A DNA stretch of 63,674 nucleotides, counting the filler, from Saprolegnia diclina VS20 (taxonomy: Eukaryota): assembly GCF_000281045.1 (NCBI RefSeq). It is 6 parts of 5 records of this genome, joined end to end, with 100 filler letters (N's around TTAATTAATTAA, not from the genome) between each part and the next. Parts side by side here need not be neighbours in the genome. Positions count along the whole stretch, not along the records: positions 14,078 to 44,156 come from NW_008246228.1; positions 44,257 to 59,846 come from NW_008246229.1; 4 more parts are not named here. One strand, written 5' to 3'. The notes beneath the pieces are model-generated. The model was not told the DNA's origin. It made no database searches and saw nothing but the letters and a program-made list of their open reading frames with translations. Position 1 is the first letter of the stretch. Each line of letters opens with the position of its first letter. Positions 37,801-48,442 of the stretch are shown in pieces. The translations under genes were made by a program, and so were the position numbers.

Positions 37801-38637
37801 TTACTCGCCATCACGTACGCGAAGCGCGTTGTCGTCGCCAAGCCCAAACCGCCTCTCTCGGACGAGCTCCAAATGCTCTTGGAGCTTGTCGACTCGACGT
37901 TTCACACGGCGCTCCTCAAGCTTGCCGATGTGATCGTCATGGCGGACCAGCTCCAGCGGCTCAAGCACCGCCTCTCGGACGCACGGAAAGGCCAAACGAC
38001 CGCAGACGAAGAGAAGCACATTGAGCTGCGTCTCCAAGCGGTCATGCGCGACCAGTTTGGTCCAAAGCAGCGCAAGCTGCTCGACACCAAAGCCGACCTC
38101 GCCAACTGTCTCAAGAGCTTTGCCAAACTCACGTCGGGCACGAGTATGCGTCTCGTATCTCGACTTGCATCTCACATGTGTGATGTCGTAGTTGCCGAGT
38201 ACATTGCCAGTGTCGACGCCACTTCGAGCATCGCCGAGCGCGTTGGGCTTTGGCTCAATGAGCTTGGGCTCTATGACGCCAAGCACGCTCGGCTGTCGTC
38301 GTGGCAAGCGACGCAGGACGAGACGGCACCGCAACCCATCACGTTTGACGCCATCATGACCTTTGTGCTCGATGAGAAGCACACCTTTGTGGTCTGGGAG
38401 GCCGCGGTGAAAGGCCTTGTTGCCGAAGCCTTCACGGGCGGCAGCTGGTCCTTTGATATGACCAAGGAGCTTGCTGTGTGTCGCAAGATTGAAGACACGC
38501 TCCTCGCGACGAACGGCGAGGCGCGTGGGCCTGACGACGTGTCCTCGTCTGCGGGCCCGGCGCAGCGGGAGAAGCTCGACGCGCGCAAGGCCAAACGACT
38601 GCAAAAGCTTTCGAAAAAGGCCAAGTCGCGCCAGTAG
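31851..38637 (+). CDS. Very large multi-domain protein with IQ motifs, TPR-like repeats, two C2 domains and WW-like segments; several introns
   Basis: IQ-like AATAIQSIWR, AATCLQCAWR, AARRVQCAWR; TPR-like helices; C2 (LIVTVGESLHLP..LEPNWE; IEYAEDLRAAD..SDPFV..TLTPIWNE..LTVWDFD..FLG); WW-like WSAIFDETHGRMFY; ORFs join through short GT-AG introns. Confidence 0.75.
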
Positions 38638-38689
38638 CTGCATACTACAATCTCGCAGTATAGAACGAGGTTTCTAATCTGAGTTGAAG

Positions 38690-39841
38690 TTACAAGTTGC
38701 TCTGCGGCGTCTCGTCGGCATCGTAGACAACACCGAGCGACTGGCGCACCTTGTCCATGATGCGCGACAAGAGCAGCGACTCGGCGAGGGGATATTCAGC
38801 GCACTCGCGGTCGCCATTCTGAATGCAGCGCGAGACAGTCTCGGCTTCAAATTTAAAGCCGACTGAGCCGCCAAAGTTGAAGCTGCTCTTGGACGGCGCG
38901 GGAGTCGGGTGCGGGAACGACAGCTCGATCGGCGCTTGGCCGTGCAGCGTCAGCGTCAGCTTGTCGGCCACGTGCGCGGGGGCGTTGATGCGCAGCGTGC
39001 CCTTTGCACCAATGATGACGACCTCCTCGACAAAGTCGGCGAGACACGAGTACTGGATCGTGCCAAACCGGCTGCCTGCATACTGCAGCGTCACGACCGC
39101 ATACGTGTCGATGCCCTCGTCGGCTGAAATGGCGCCGACCGTGTGCACGTGCGAGGGCTCTTCGCCACCGAAGACCATGGACACGAACGCGAGCGGGTAG
39201 ATACCAATGTCGAGAAGGCCACCGCCGCCAAGCGACCGCTTCCAAATCCGGTCAGCGTTGGCAGGAAACGCAAAGCCCATGTCGGCCTTGACCGCATGCA
39301 CAGCGCCAAGCACGTTCTCGGACAAGAGCTGGCGCGCGTGACGCACGGCCGGGAAGAAGCGCGTCCACATGGCTACATATCAAGCTTAGAACGGCAGAGC
39401 AATACGATCTGATTGTACCTTCCATGAGAAAGAGGTCCTTTTCCTTGGCGAGCGCGACCATCTCGTCGGCTTCGCGCTGGTTCATCGACATGGGCTTCTC
39501 GACGAGCACGTGCTTGTTGTGGCGCAGCGCGAGGAGCGTGTGCGGGTGGTGGAGCGTGTGCAGCGTGCCAACGTAGATGACGTCGACCTGCGGGTCGGCG
39601 CACAGTGCGTCGTACGAGTCGTAGCTCGTCGGAATCTCTATTTGTCATTGCAAAAGTGAGGCGCCAGTGGCGAAGTGGTTGGTCTACCGTGCGTGGCGGC
39701 AAAGGCTTGGGCAGTTGCGAGGCTGCGCGAGGCGCAGGCGACGACGCTGGCGCCGGGCACGAGCTGCAGGCCCATGACAAAGTCGTTGCAGATGCGGCCG
39801 CAGCCCAAGATGCCCCAGCGCGTTGTTTTCGTCGACGTCAT
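38690..39841 (-). CDS. Gfo/Idh/MocA oxidoreductase (dihydrodiol / D-xylose dehydrogenase-like); 2 introns
   Basis: RWGILGCGRI, VDVIYVGT, KHVLVEKPM, FLMEG/AMWTRFFP, GGGGLLDIGIYP. Confidence 0.93.
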
Positions 39842-40152
39842 TTCAATCCAATTGTCAAATGGCCACGTACCACAGTCCAACGTACGTTGAGGTGGGTCCC
39901 CCACTAGCGATGGTCACACACAACATATTTACACCCACCCCACCCCTACTCCACCTCCACAACCAATTATCACTGCAAAACCTGCAAAAGGATCGTACAC
40001 ATTCATTTGAAGCATGAGTGCCTTGGCATTTATAGTCCTCCGAGTGTGGTGCAGCCTGCCAATACCCTCACATGGCGACGTCCCCCCAACAAATTCAATT
40101 ATGCATTTCTTGAAGTGCGTATATTTATATTTTGTATATGTAGAGTATACCA

Positions 40153-40225
40153 GCTCGGCTGGCGCAATGGATAGCGTATCAGACTTCGAATCTGGGGGTT
40201 GCGGGTTCGAGTCCCGCGTCGAGTA
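40153..40225 (+). tRNA. tRNA-Arg (anticodon TCG), intronless
   Basis: Acceptor GCTCGGC/GTCGAGT, D arm GCGC-AATGGATA-GCGT, anticodon arm TCAGA-CTTCGAA-TCTGG, T arm GCGGG-TTCGAGT-CCCGC; followed by a T-run Pol III terminator. Confidence 0.95.
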
Positions 40226-40375
40226 CTTTTTGCCCTTTGGATTGTAAACAAACTCATATTAGCAACAGAAATTTTATACACAGGGCATCGTCGCCCAAGC
40301 TGATGTACCTGACACCGAAGCATGGATGGCTCGCATCAAGCGTTTCGAGAAAGCACATGAAAATGTTAAGTCCTA

Positions 40376-40934
40376 TCAAGCGACGAGGTAGAGAAGGCCA
40401 AGCATGGCCGCGCCGCCCGCAATCCCACCGACGGCCGCGCCGACAAAAACGCCGAGCAAGGACCCCATGAGGAATGGCCACGTTCGGATCGTTGTCAAGC
40501 TCGGCAAGGCCAAGTGTTGCCTCGTACGTTTGGCAGCGGATCTCGGGCCACTCGATAGCGCCCGCCATTTGCACAATGTCCGCGAAACTGTCGAGGTATT
40601 GCTGGTTGTGCGAATTGTATCCGCCATTGGCATTCCCAACGCCGAGCCGAGTGGCCTCCGGATGCGCGAGAATCAAGTGCCGAAGGACATTGTGCATGTC
40701 GAGCACGTACGGCTGCGCAGCGTCGGCAACGCGGGCGCACTGTTGCACGAGTTCTCGTGAAAAGCAGACATCGTCGACGTCGGTGATACGCGTCGCCGTG
40801 AGGAGACCGTAGCTGCAGTTACCCGACGGTTTGTTGAGTTGGGTTGCCTCCAAAAGCTTGGCACGGAAGAGCGACTGGAGCCCGACAAGGCTTTGCCTTC
40901 CCAAATAATCAAGATAGAGGTCGGCGCTGCGGGT
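40376..40934 (-). pseudogene. 3' fragment of an unknown protein with a C-terminal Gly-rich TM helix, apparently frameshifted
   Basis: Coding-like frame runs out of the gap (..YVLDMHNVLRHL..GGYNSHNQQYLDSF..); the hydrophobic tail WPFLMGSLLGVFVGAAVGGIAGGAAMLGLLYLVA* is in another frame. Confidence 0.4.
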
Positions 40935-41441
40935 NNNNNNNNNNNNNNNNNNNNNNNNNNNNNNNNNNNNNNNNNNNNNNNNNNNNNNNNNNNNNNNNNN
41001 NNNNNNNNNNNNNNNNNNNNNNNNNNNNNNNNNNNNNNNNNNNNNNNNNNNNNNNNNNNNNNNNNNNNNNNNNNNNNNNNNNNNNNNNNNNNNNNNNNNN
41101 NNNNNNNNNNNNNNNNNNNNNNNNNNNNNNNNNNNNNNNNNNNNNNNNNNNNNNAAACACATCGCCTTGTCTCGACCTAGTGGTTCGAGAGCTGTGTGGA
41201 TATGAATATCCAGTGCTCAACCACTGTATGAGGCATCTACTGCCACACACCCCTCTCCCAAAGGATTTATAGGACAGCTTAGCCCAAATCCCAAGGAATC
41301 AAAGACCGCAAAAACAGACCCCGGAGAATCGCCGTCAGTATCTGCTCTTGATCTGGTCTAAGATCTTCAAGAGTCACCATCGCACGGCCCGGAGGATCGC
41401 CGGGATCACGTACTAGGTAGCTTCTCTTGGTAGTCCGCACG

Positions 41442-43953
41442 TCACGACCGTCGTCGTGTCGACGCTGCAGACCGTTCTTCTAGTTGCTTGAGCTCATCAG
41501 CCAGACCATCCCGCGCTCGGGGGTCTGCGACTTGCTCCGCAAACTGTCGAGCAACCGCAGGGGCATCCGTCGCGATCGACGTGAACAGCTCCCACGATGC
41601 TTCGATGTCTTCCAGGCCTTCCCATAGGCAGAGGATCTCCCACCGCCGGGCACTGGTTGAGCCGTACTGCCTTGATCTCACGGATCTTCAAAAGCACGCC
41701 CTGCTCGGACACGTGCTCGCGGATCTCTTGCGTGAGCTCAAAGCTGCCTTCGGCGTACGGCTTGAGGCGACTCGTATGTGCATGGCGCTCTTGACCCGAG
41801 AGGATATGACGGATGACGCACGAGTACGTCGACACTTCCGTGATCTGGAACGGGCCGAGCCATGTGACGAGCAGCTTCGGATACTCCATCTTCTCCACGC
41901 GCGACCAGAGTACGTAGTCACCAACGTGGGCGACAAACTCTTCTTGGTGCGTCTTCGCCGCGGTCTCCCGCGCTAGGCATTGTTGACGCAGGTCGTCGAT
42001 CTTCTTGTGGACGTCAATCAAACTTGCATGAGCAGCAGCCATCGTGCTGACGACGTCTGGCTTTGTCCAGTCTGCCTGACGGACGAGCTCACCATCAAAG
42101 TCGCGGACCACAATGTCCAAGTTGGTAGCTGGCACTTGCCCCGTGAAAGCTTGCGTTGGGCACACACCACCAAGCGACTCGACTGGCGTCTGGTTGAGGT
42201 TGGCTTGAACCAGCGGTAGGAGATACTCCCACTGCTCAAGGTTCAGATGGTACTCACGCAGCATGACCCGCAAAACTTGGAGAATATCGCGGTTCAAGCG
42301 CTCGACGGTACCGTTGCGCCATGGCGTGTAGGTCAAAATGAAGTGGTGATCGACCTTGTAGACTTGGGCCAGCATTGCAACCACTTGGTTCTTGAAGTGA
42401 CTGCCTTGGTCCGACTTGTAGACTTGGGCCAGCATTGCAACCACTTGGTTCTTGAAGTGACTGCCTTGGTCCGATACCCACACGAGGGGCATGTCAAACC
42501 GCGCAGCCCACTGCATCAAAGCGTCCACGACCGAGGCCGCGTCCGCCATGTCACACGCCACGAGCTCGCAGTAGTGCGTCAAGTCGTCTTTGATCACAAG
42601 CACGTCGTTCGACACCAGAAACTCGTCACCTTGATCGACAACGTAGCACGCCTGCAAACCAGGCACGTTGACGGGACCGGCAGCCGTGTGGAGCTGCAGA
42701 TGCAATTGAACCTTCTTGTCCAGCTGCAACGCCGTCTTGCCCACAGCCACCCCAAGCTGAGGTTGGTCCAAATTGATGACTTCAAGGTTGGGCATCTTCT
42801 GCTTGAGCTGCTCGACCATCTTGGCGGGAATGATGTTCAGACCGCAACCACTGTCCGGCACGCAAGGAACGTCAAGAACGCTGTTGAGCGTCAAAACCAT
42901 GTGGCCTTCGTTGCCCGAAAGGAGCTGGTCGAGACCAGAGGCTCGGAGGCGACTCAACTTGGTCTTCTTCTTGTCACCGCCCCCGTTGCCTTCGTTGCCG
43001 CCTTGTTTGCTGCCGTCGCCGCCTCCGCCACGACGACCGCCCTTCCAGTTCTTCTTGACAGCAATCGCCTTCTGCTTGGCGTTCGAACTCGGGCAGTCCC
43101 GCAATTTGTGCTTCTTGCTGCCGCCGTGCCAGCACGGACGTTCCAGGCCATCGTTCTTGCGTTCTTGTTGCACTGGCGGCTTGTTGTCCTTCTGCTTGAA
43201 CTTGCGCTTCTTCTTCTTGCGCACACCTTGCTGCTCCTCGTGCGACGGTTTCTCGTCTTCGTCGGACGACTCCTTGTCACGAAGACGCTGCGTCTTGGGG
43301 CTCCACGACTTGTAGAGAAGCGCTCGCTTGAAGATGATCTTCCCGAGGTGCTTGAGGCCAGCCTGTTTGTTGGCCGCCACCTTCTCATCCATCAGCTGCT
43401 TCACGTCCGTCTGTAGCTCTTGGGGACGGAGCCGATCGACAAGTGCCTTGAAGATCTTGGCCTTGAGCTTGTCGTTCTCGAGCTTCTCGCTGAGGCCATG
43501 CTCTTCAATCATTTGAGAGGCCTTGAAAACAAAGCTGTTGACCCGCTCTTCGATGTCTTCTTCGTTGTGGTCGAGGGCGAGCGAGGTGAAAACCTTGTCG
43601 TACGTGAGCACCGTCTTGTTGGTCTCCTTGTCGATGATCCCGTTGATCGCTTCCCAAAGCTCGTTTTCAGGCACGTTCAGCAAGTTGTAGTCGTCCCAGA
43701 GGCCCCACTTGTTTTTCATCAGGAACTCGAGATACCCCACGGGAGCGAACGAGTCGCGGATCGGAACACACGTCGATGTGTAGCTCCGGTTCGTTCGCTG
43801 GCATTCGCGCCGCATCGAGGTCTCGTATTCGAGACGCGCCCGCTTCCACACGACCACGTCGCGGCGGGCGATGCTCTTGAACTCGGGATGCACCAGCTGC
43901 GATAGCACGACGACGCCGCTCATCGCCATCGCCGCTTGTCCTGAGGTCGTCAT
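41442..43953 (-). pseudogene. gag-protease-integrase polyprotein; chromodomain out of frame
   Basis: CWHGGSKKHKLRDC knuckle (second Cys lost), VPDSGC protease, IKDDLTHYCELV..SDQGSHF..NGTVE integrase, WLGPFQI; WEGLEDIEASWE lies in a different frame after about 41650. Confidence 0.85.
42355..42474. repeat. Exact 60-bp tandem duplication inside the integrase
   Basis: cttgtagacttgggccagcattgcaaccacttggttcttgaagtgactgccttggtccga occurs twice and encodes SDQGSHFKNQVVAMLAQVYK twice. Confidence 0.95.
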
Positions 43954-44156
43954 GTCTTTTTCTTGAGCGAAACTTGATCGCTGCTTGGTCGCTAAAGTCG
44001 ACTTTGAGACCGTTTCCGCCTTCAAACGCCAGACAAAGGGAGGCCGTACTCCCAAACACCGGCGTGTGTACTAAGAGGCAAATAGGAAACTAGAACTAGC
44101 CGACTGCTGGAGCCCTGGCCACAGGCTCCTGTACAGTCCCATCCCAACGGTCTTCC

Positions 44157-44256
44157 NNNNNNNNNNNNNNNNNNNNNNNNNNNNNNNNNNNNNNNNNNNN
44201 TTAATTAATTAANNNNNNNNNNNNNNNNNNNNNNNNNNNNNNNNNNNNNNNNNNNN
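44157..44256. other. Artificial contig-joining spacer
   Basis: N44-TTAATTAATTAA-N44. Confidence 0.95.
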
Positions 44257-45738
44257 CAATTGATGGGCCAATCTGCTCCAAAACGACGGCAAATATGAAG
44301 CAGCCAAATCAGCCGCTGGCTTGAGCTCGTCCCTGGATGCAGAGGAAATGGTAGCAGTATTTTCTTGAGGCAGGATCTGGGCGTCAAGCTCGGCGAGCGT
44401 TGCATCTTTTCGTCAAGCAGGGTCACGACGTGATCCGCTTCGGTCAAGCAAGCGCTCATGACATGGTATGCGTACAATTGTAAGAAGAACACATGCATGC
44501 GCGATGTTGGTTGGCCAGATTTGATCGACCAGAACCAGAGTCTCGACCCAGCGAGCTGATCTTGCCAGTTCTCGACCACGACGTGGGCGCCGGCGTCCCT
44601 TCCCAAGTTGGCAAGCGTCATAATGGCACTGCATGAATATATTACCTCCAGAAATGCGCATACGATGCGCAACGGTCGAATCTGAGAGCGAATGCACACA
44701 GCTTGCCGCGATTTGGATCACAGACCGCACAACGTTATTTGGATTGGCAACGACATGAGCACGGACCTCAACTCGTCGGCCATCGAGGACGACCGCGATA
44801 AGTTCATTGCGTTGGCGTAGGTCCACAAAAAAAGCCGAAAGCTCGCTCACCAAACTGCATGTAGCGCCTCCACTCACGGTAGTCGCAACCGTGGCAGCCC
44901 CTCGCATGCACCGTACGTACTCGCGTACCACATCTTTAGGATGATCGATGCTCGTAGACTTCTCGGCGAGGACGCGGACGTCAACAAGTACGAAGTTGCG
45001 TTTTTTGATGAGGACGACAACGCCGACGTCGACAACGACGTACGTGCGCATTAGTTTTTCCGGTGCTGAGTTGTCTGGATGGTAGCTCGCGTCGGCGCTC
45101 GCCGTATTCGAGATGGACCAGCCCGACAACTCGACGACCTTGCTCGGCGCGCTCGATGGAAGCTTTGGAAAACGTTTGAACCCGCCCGGTCGGGATGCGC
45201 TCGAACGTTGGCTCAGTCGCTTTTGCCCCGTCTGGGCCGAGGCGTCCACTACGACGAGCATTGTCATGGCGACTGCCACCGTGCTACTCCTTCGTCTCGT
45301 CTTGCCCTTCCCACGACCCGAGACGTAAGATAGATGCATGGAGATCACGACATGATTGAAACGGTATCCAAGTAGCAAGCCCCGTCTCAAGCGTGCTGAC
45401 GACGGCAAGATTCGACTCTCCTGGCCCGTCCCGGTGCGCACGTTTCGTGGAATACTCTCATCACACTAGTCTAGGACATCGAGGCGACCGGCCTCTTGAC
45501 AGAACGCTTGAGGAGCGCCGTGCGCGTCGGCAAGTCACCTGCGGCCAACCCGCTCCCCAATCGCTTTCCTCTTCGGCTCTTTGTGAGCCTTCCTGGAAAA
45601 GCGCGCGAGTTCGTCGACGCAGGGTCGCTGGCCCTCGTGGAGCTACCCGTGTCGACCCAAACGCCGCGCATATTCACGCTCGAGCTCATCCATGGCCAGC
45701 AACTGCCGCAGGCCATCACCGACGCCATGGTCGAGTAG
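44257..45738 (+). CDS. 3' part of an intron-rich hypothetical protein
   Basis: Short coding-like frames bounded by AG/GT (LLGEDADVNKYEVAFFDED, LASALAVFEMDQPD..LERWLSRFCPVW, DIEATGLLTERLR..AITDAMVE*). Confidence 0.45.
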
Positions 45739-46059
45739 GACACCGAGACGTAGCATTTTGAATGCATGCAGTGTTGCGTATTGCGGTCTTCGGGTCCACA
45801 GCATTTGTGATCGGAGAGAAATTGTTGCGCTATCACACCGGTGAACATGACGTATTCCATCGTGCCACTAGTGTCGTCCAGCCTGGCGATGCGCAAGAAT
45901 ACGCCGGAAACAGCGCGTGCGATGGCACATACCACGACTAGACACACATTTGTTTTGCGCAGTGCTGCCGTGGGCAACGGCAGTGCACGTAATACTTGAT
46001 AACTTGATACCACGTCATAAACGCGGTGGTGGGAGAATAAATAGGTCGCGGCAGTTGGT

Positions 46060-47378
46060 TCATGCTTGCTCGAGATTGGCCGTGAGCGCATGTGTTTCCA
46101 CAATGCTCATAATCAGTTGGACCTTCTACTCAATGGACTTTGTCCTCAGAATCGATGCTAGTGTCCTCGTACCTGCGAGAGTCGATCGCGAAACACCTCG
46201 CGCGACTTGGCCGCAATGTCACCAAAGACGTGGACAATCCAGCGGCCTTCGATCGACACACAGAGCCGGTCTTCTTCCCTGCACCTCATTAAATCCATAG
46301 AGTACATATACACGATGATACCGTGTGGGCGGTAGTTGCTTGCGCAGCAGCGTTGGGGTGGCGGCCGTCGCTGCAAACATCGCGTTCCGGTGCGGGTGCA
46401 GCGCCGCGCGCTCGTCCGCTTTGCGCAGCCGACTGTCGACGTCTTGCAGGAAACGGCGGACAGCCGCCACGTGCAGCGTCGGTGGCAGCCGGATGCGGAG
46501 CCGGAGCGGCCAGCGCGGTTCGTCGGCCTCGGGCGTGTTTTCCGCAAACATCACCAGCGGCGTCGTGAGCGCCTTCCCGGCCGGCACAAACGTCTTGGAG
46601 TACGCGTCACAGGTCGTAATGACATACCCGAGGGGCACGTCCAAGAGCATGCCGGGCGGCGTCGACGCCATAAACACATGGAGGCGCTGGCGCAGCGCGT
46701 GGTTGAACAAGATGAACTGCGAGCCCGTGACGTTCCGGACGACGGGGACTGTCGCGAGCGCAACGAGCGAGCAAAAACCCGTAAAGAAGGCGCGGATGAT
46801 GTTTTCAGCAATGCCAGGAAACACGAGGATGTAGATAAAGTAAAACAAGATGACGAGCACGAGGATTTTGAGCACCTAATGCGACCATTAGGAGAGATTC
46901 GCAGCATTCTCATTGCACATCGTACCGTGACGCCTTCGTGGAGGAGTGTCTTGGCCGAGCCCTTGCGCACCGTGATAAGGCGGTAGACGTTGCCGACGGC
47001 GTTGACCCACAGCAGCAATGGCACGCCAAAGACCCAGAGCGGCCATTGGCACAAAAGCGACGTGAGCCCGACGACCTGCAGCGCCCAGCAAAAGAGACCG
47101 ACGCGCAGCAGCCAATGTGTCTCCCACAGCAGCATCTCGTGCGCTTCGTCGGGCTTCCTACGCGCATGCGTGAGCGCGAGCGGCAGTACAGGCCTCTACA
47201 GGTAGACGTCGCCGGTCGCGTAGCGCAGGAGGAAGAGCCCGAACTTGGCCATGGGCAGCGCGATGACGAGCGAGAAGAAGAGGAGGACGACGCCGAGGTA
47301 GAGCTGGTAGTCCTGGGACCCGGAGCTCCACCAGCGGCTAAAGTCGTCCGGGCCCTTGAGGATGCACACCTCCGACAT
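46060..47378 (-). CDS. Membrane protein, probably a divergent MscS-like mechanosensitive channel; about 4 introns
   Basis: Several N-terminal TM helices, then VALATVPVVRNVTGSQFILFNHALR (TM3a/b-like), a beta segment GYVITT..YSKTFVPAG..TTP, RWPLRLRIRLPP..VRRFL, and spliced WIVHVFGDIAAKSREVFRDRLSQ|KVQLIMSIVETHAL; stop at 46060-46062. Confidence 0.55.
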
Positions 47379-48321
47379 GGATGGGACAGTTGCGCGACTG
47401 CGGCGTGACTCATCCCGGTATATTTAATTCGATAGTTTTATTTTGCATACATAGATCAAGGGTATCGGTGTGAAAATGTTAAAAATGCCACCGTTGCACG
47501 CGAAATCGCCGACGCCGTTGCCTCTGATTGGTCAAAAAGAAATCCCGGCCTTTAGCGCGATCTTGCATTGCTCCAGTCCCAGTCGCACATATAGTCCTGG
47601 AATGGGACTGGACGAATGAAGCTACGCAAAGCAGGAGGACGATGATGATGCCTGGTCGAGACTGGTTCTGGCTCATGATTTTTGAACCTGGTCGGGTGGT
47701 ATCGCCATCTCGTCATATTGCGTCCGAACGCGGTACCGCAGTGAGATGACGACGCCGGCCGCCAAAAATTTGTACTCGGCCAGGATTGCCAGGCGTTCCG
47801 GAGTCGCCAATGCTGCTTGAAGCACGGCAAAGAGGCCGCGTGGATCTCGGCCATGTGCCTCAAAAACCTCGAGATTGGCACTGAAAACTCTTCCTCGTCG
47901 CCGTCTTCATAGCGTCGGCGTTCTCGACGCCGGTCTACAGTCATCGATTAATAAACAGATAGCGTCACAAGCAAGCGCAAGCAAGCGTACCTCGCGCCAC
48001 GGCCAACGTTCGACGTTGCTGCGTCATTGTCGCTCGATCGTGTCGCGTTGCCCTATCGTCGCTGTGTTACACGAGCCTCTACTGCATCACGGGACGTACT
48101 GTTTCGGACGCTTCCTCCTCGCCGCCGTGTCTACAAGCATTGGTAGGTAGCCTGTAGGTAGCCGCGTGGCGAGCGAGCTCTCGGCGGCGGGTGATGGACC
48201 TACGCCTACGGTTTTCAATGTCGTGGCAAGCTGTGCGAAGCTGGTTTGATCGATTTTATCCGGTGAATATGCATTTATACAGGTATATCCGTATCATCGT
48301 CGCGCCAAAACGGCTTCACAT

Positions 48322-48397
48322 GGGATTGGCTAAAAAGGCAATATCGCCACCACCGTGCTGATTGGCTCATTGGGTGCTTCTGTCCAGTGATTGGTTG
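48322..48397. promoter_or_regulatory. Cluster of reverse CCAAT boxes upstream of FANCJ
   Basis: Four ATTGG within about 75 bp (gggattggct, ctgattggctcattggg, gtgattggtt), 50-120 bp upstream of the ATG. Confidence 0.55.
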
Positions 48398-48442
48398 TAA
48401 ATCCGGACCACGGCTTGGTTTCGCGGCAACTCGAGGCAGAAG

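Larger units (their letters stand above)
41155..44156 (-). mobile_element. Ty3/gypsy chromodomain LTR retrotransposon, internally deleted (no RT/RNaseH); ends run into gaps
   Basis: gag, Zn knuckle, protease DSG, integrase DD35E, chromodomain; polypurine tract GGGAGAGGGG followed by an LTR start TGTGGCAG at about 41247 on the minus strand. Confidence 0.9.

Noticed and set aside
40153..41247. tRNA-targeted retrotransposon integration
   Set aside because: The element lies roughly 0.7-1 kb downstream of the tRNA, past another gene fragment and a gap; one case is not evidence of targeting.
42247..43416. Long antisense ORFs opposite real genes (also 14865-15902, 18524-19114, 37801-38643, 59899-60762)
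   Set aside because: Expected shadow frames of coding sequence with GC-rich third positions; no independent motifs.
47479..48150. Small minus-strand gene divergent from FANCJ
   Set aside because: Some coding-like frames, but I could not build a consistent spliced model or recognise homology.
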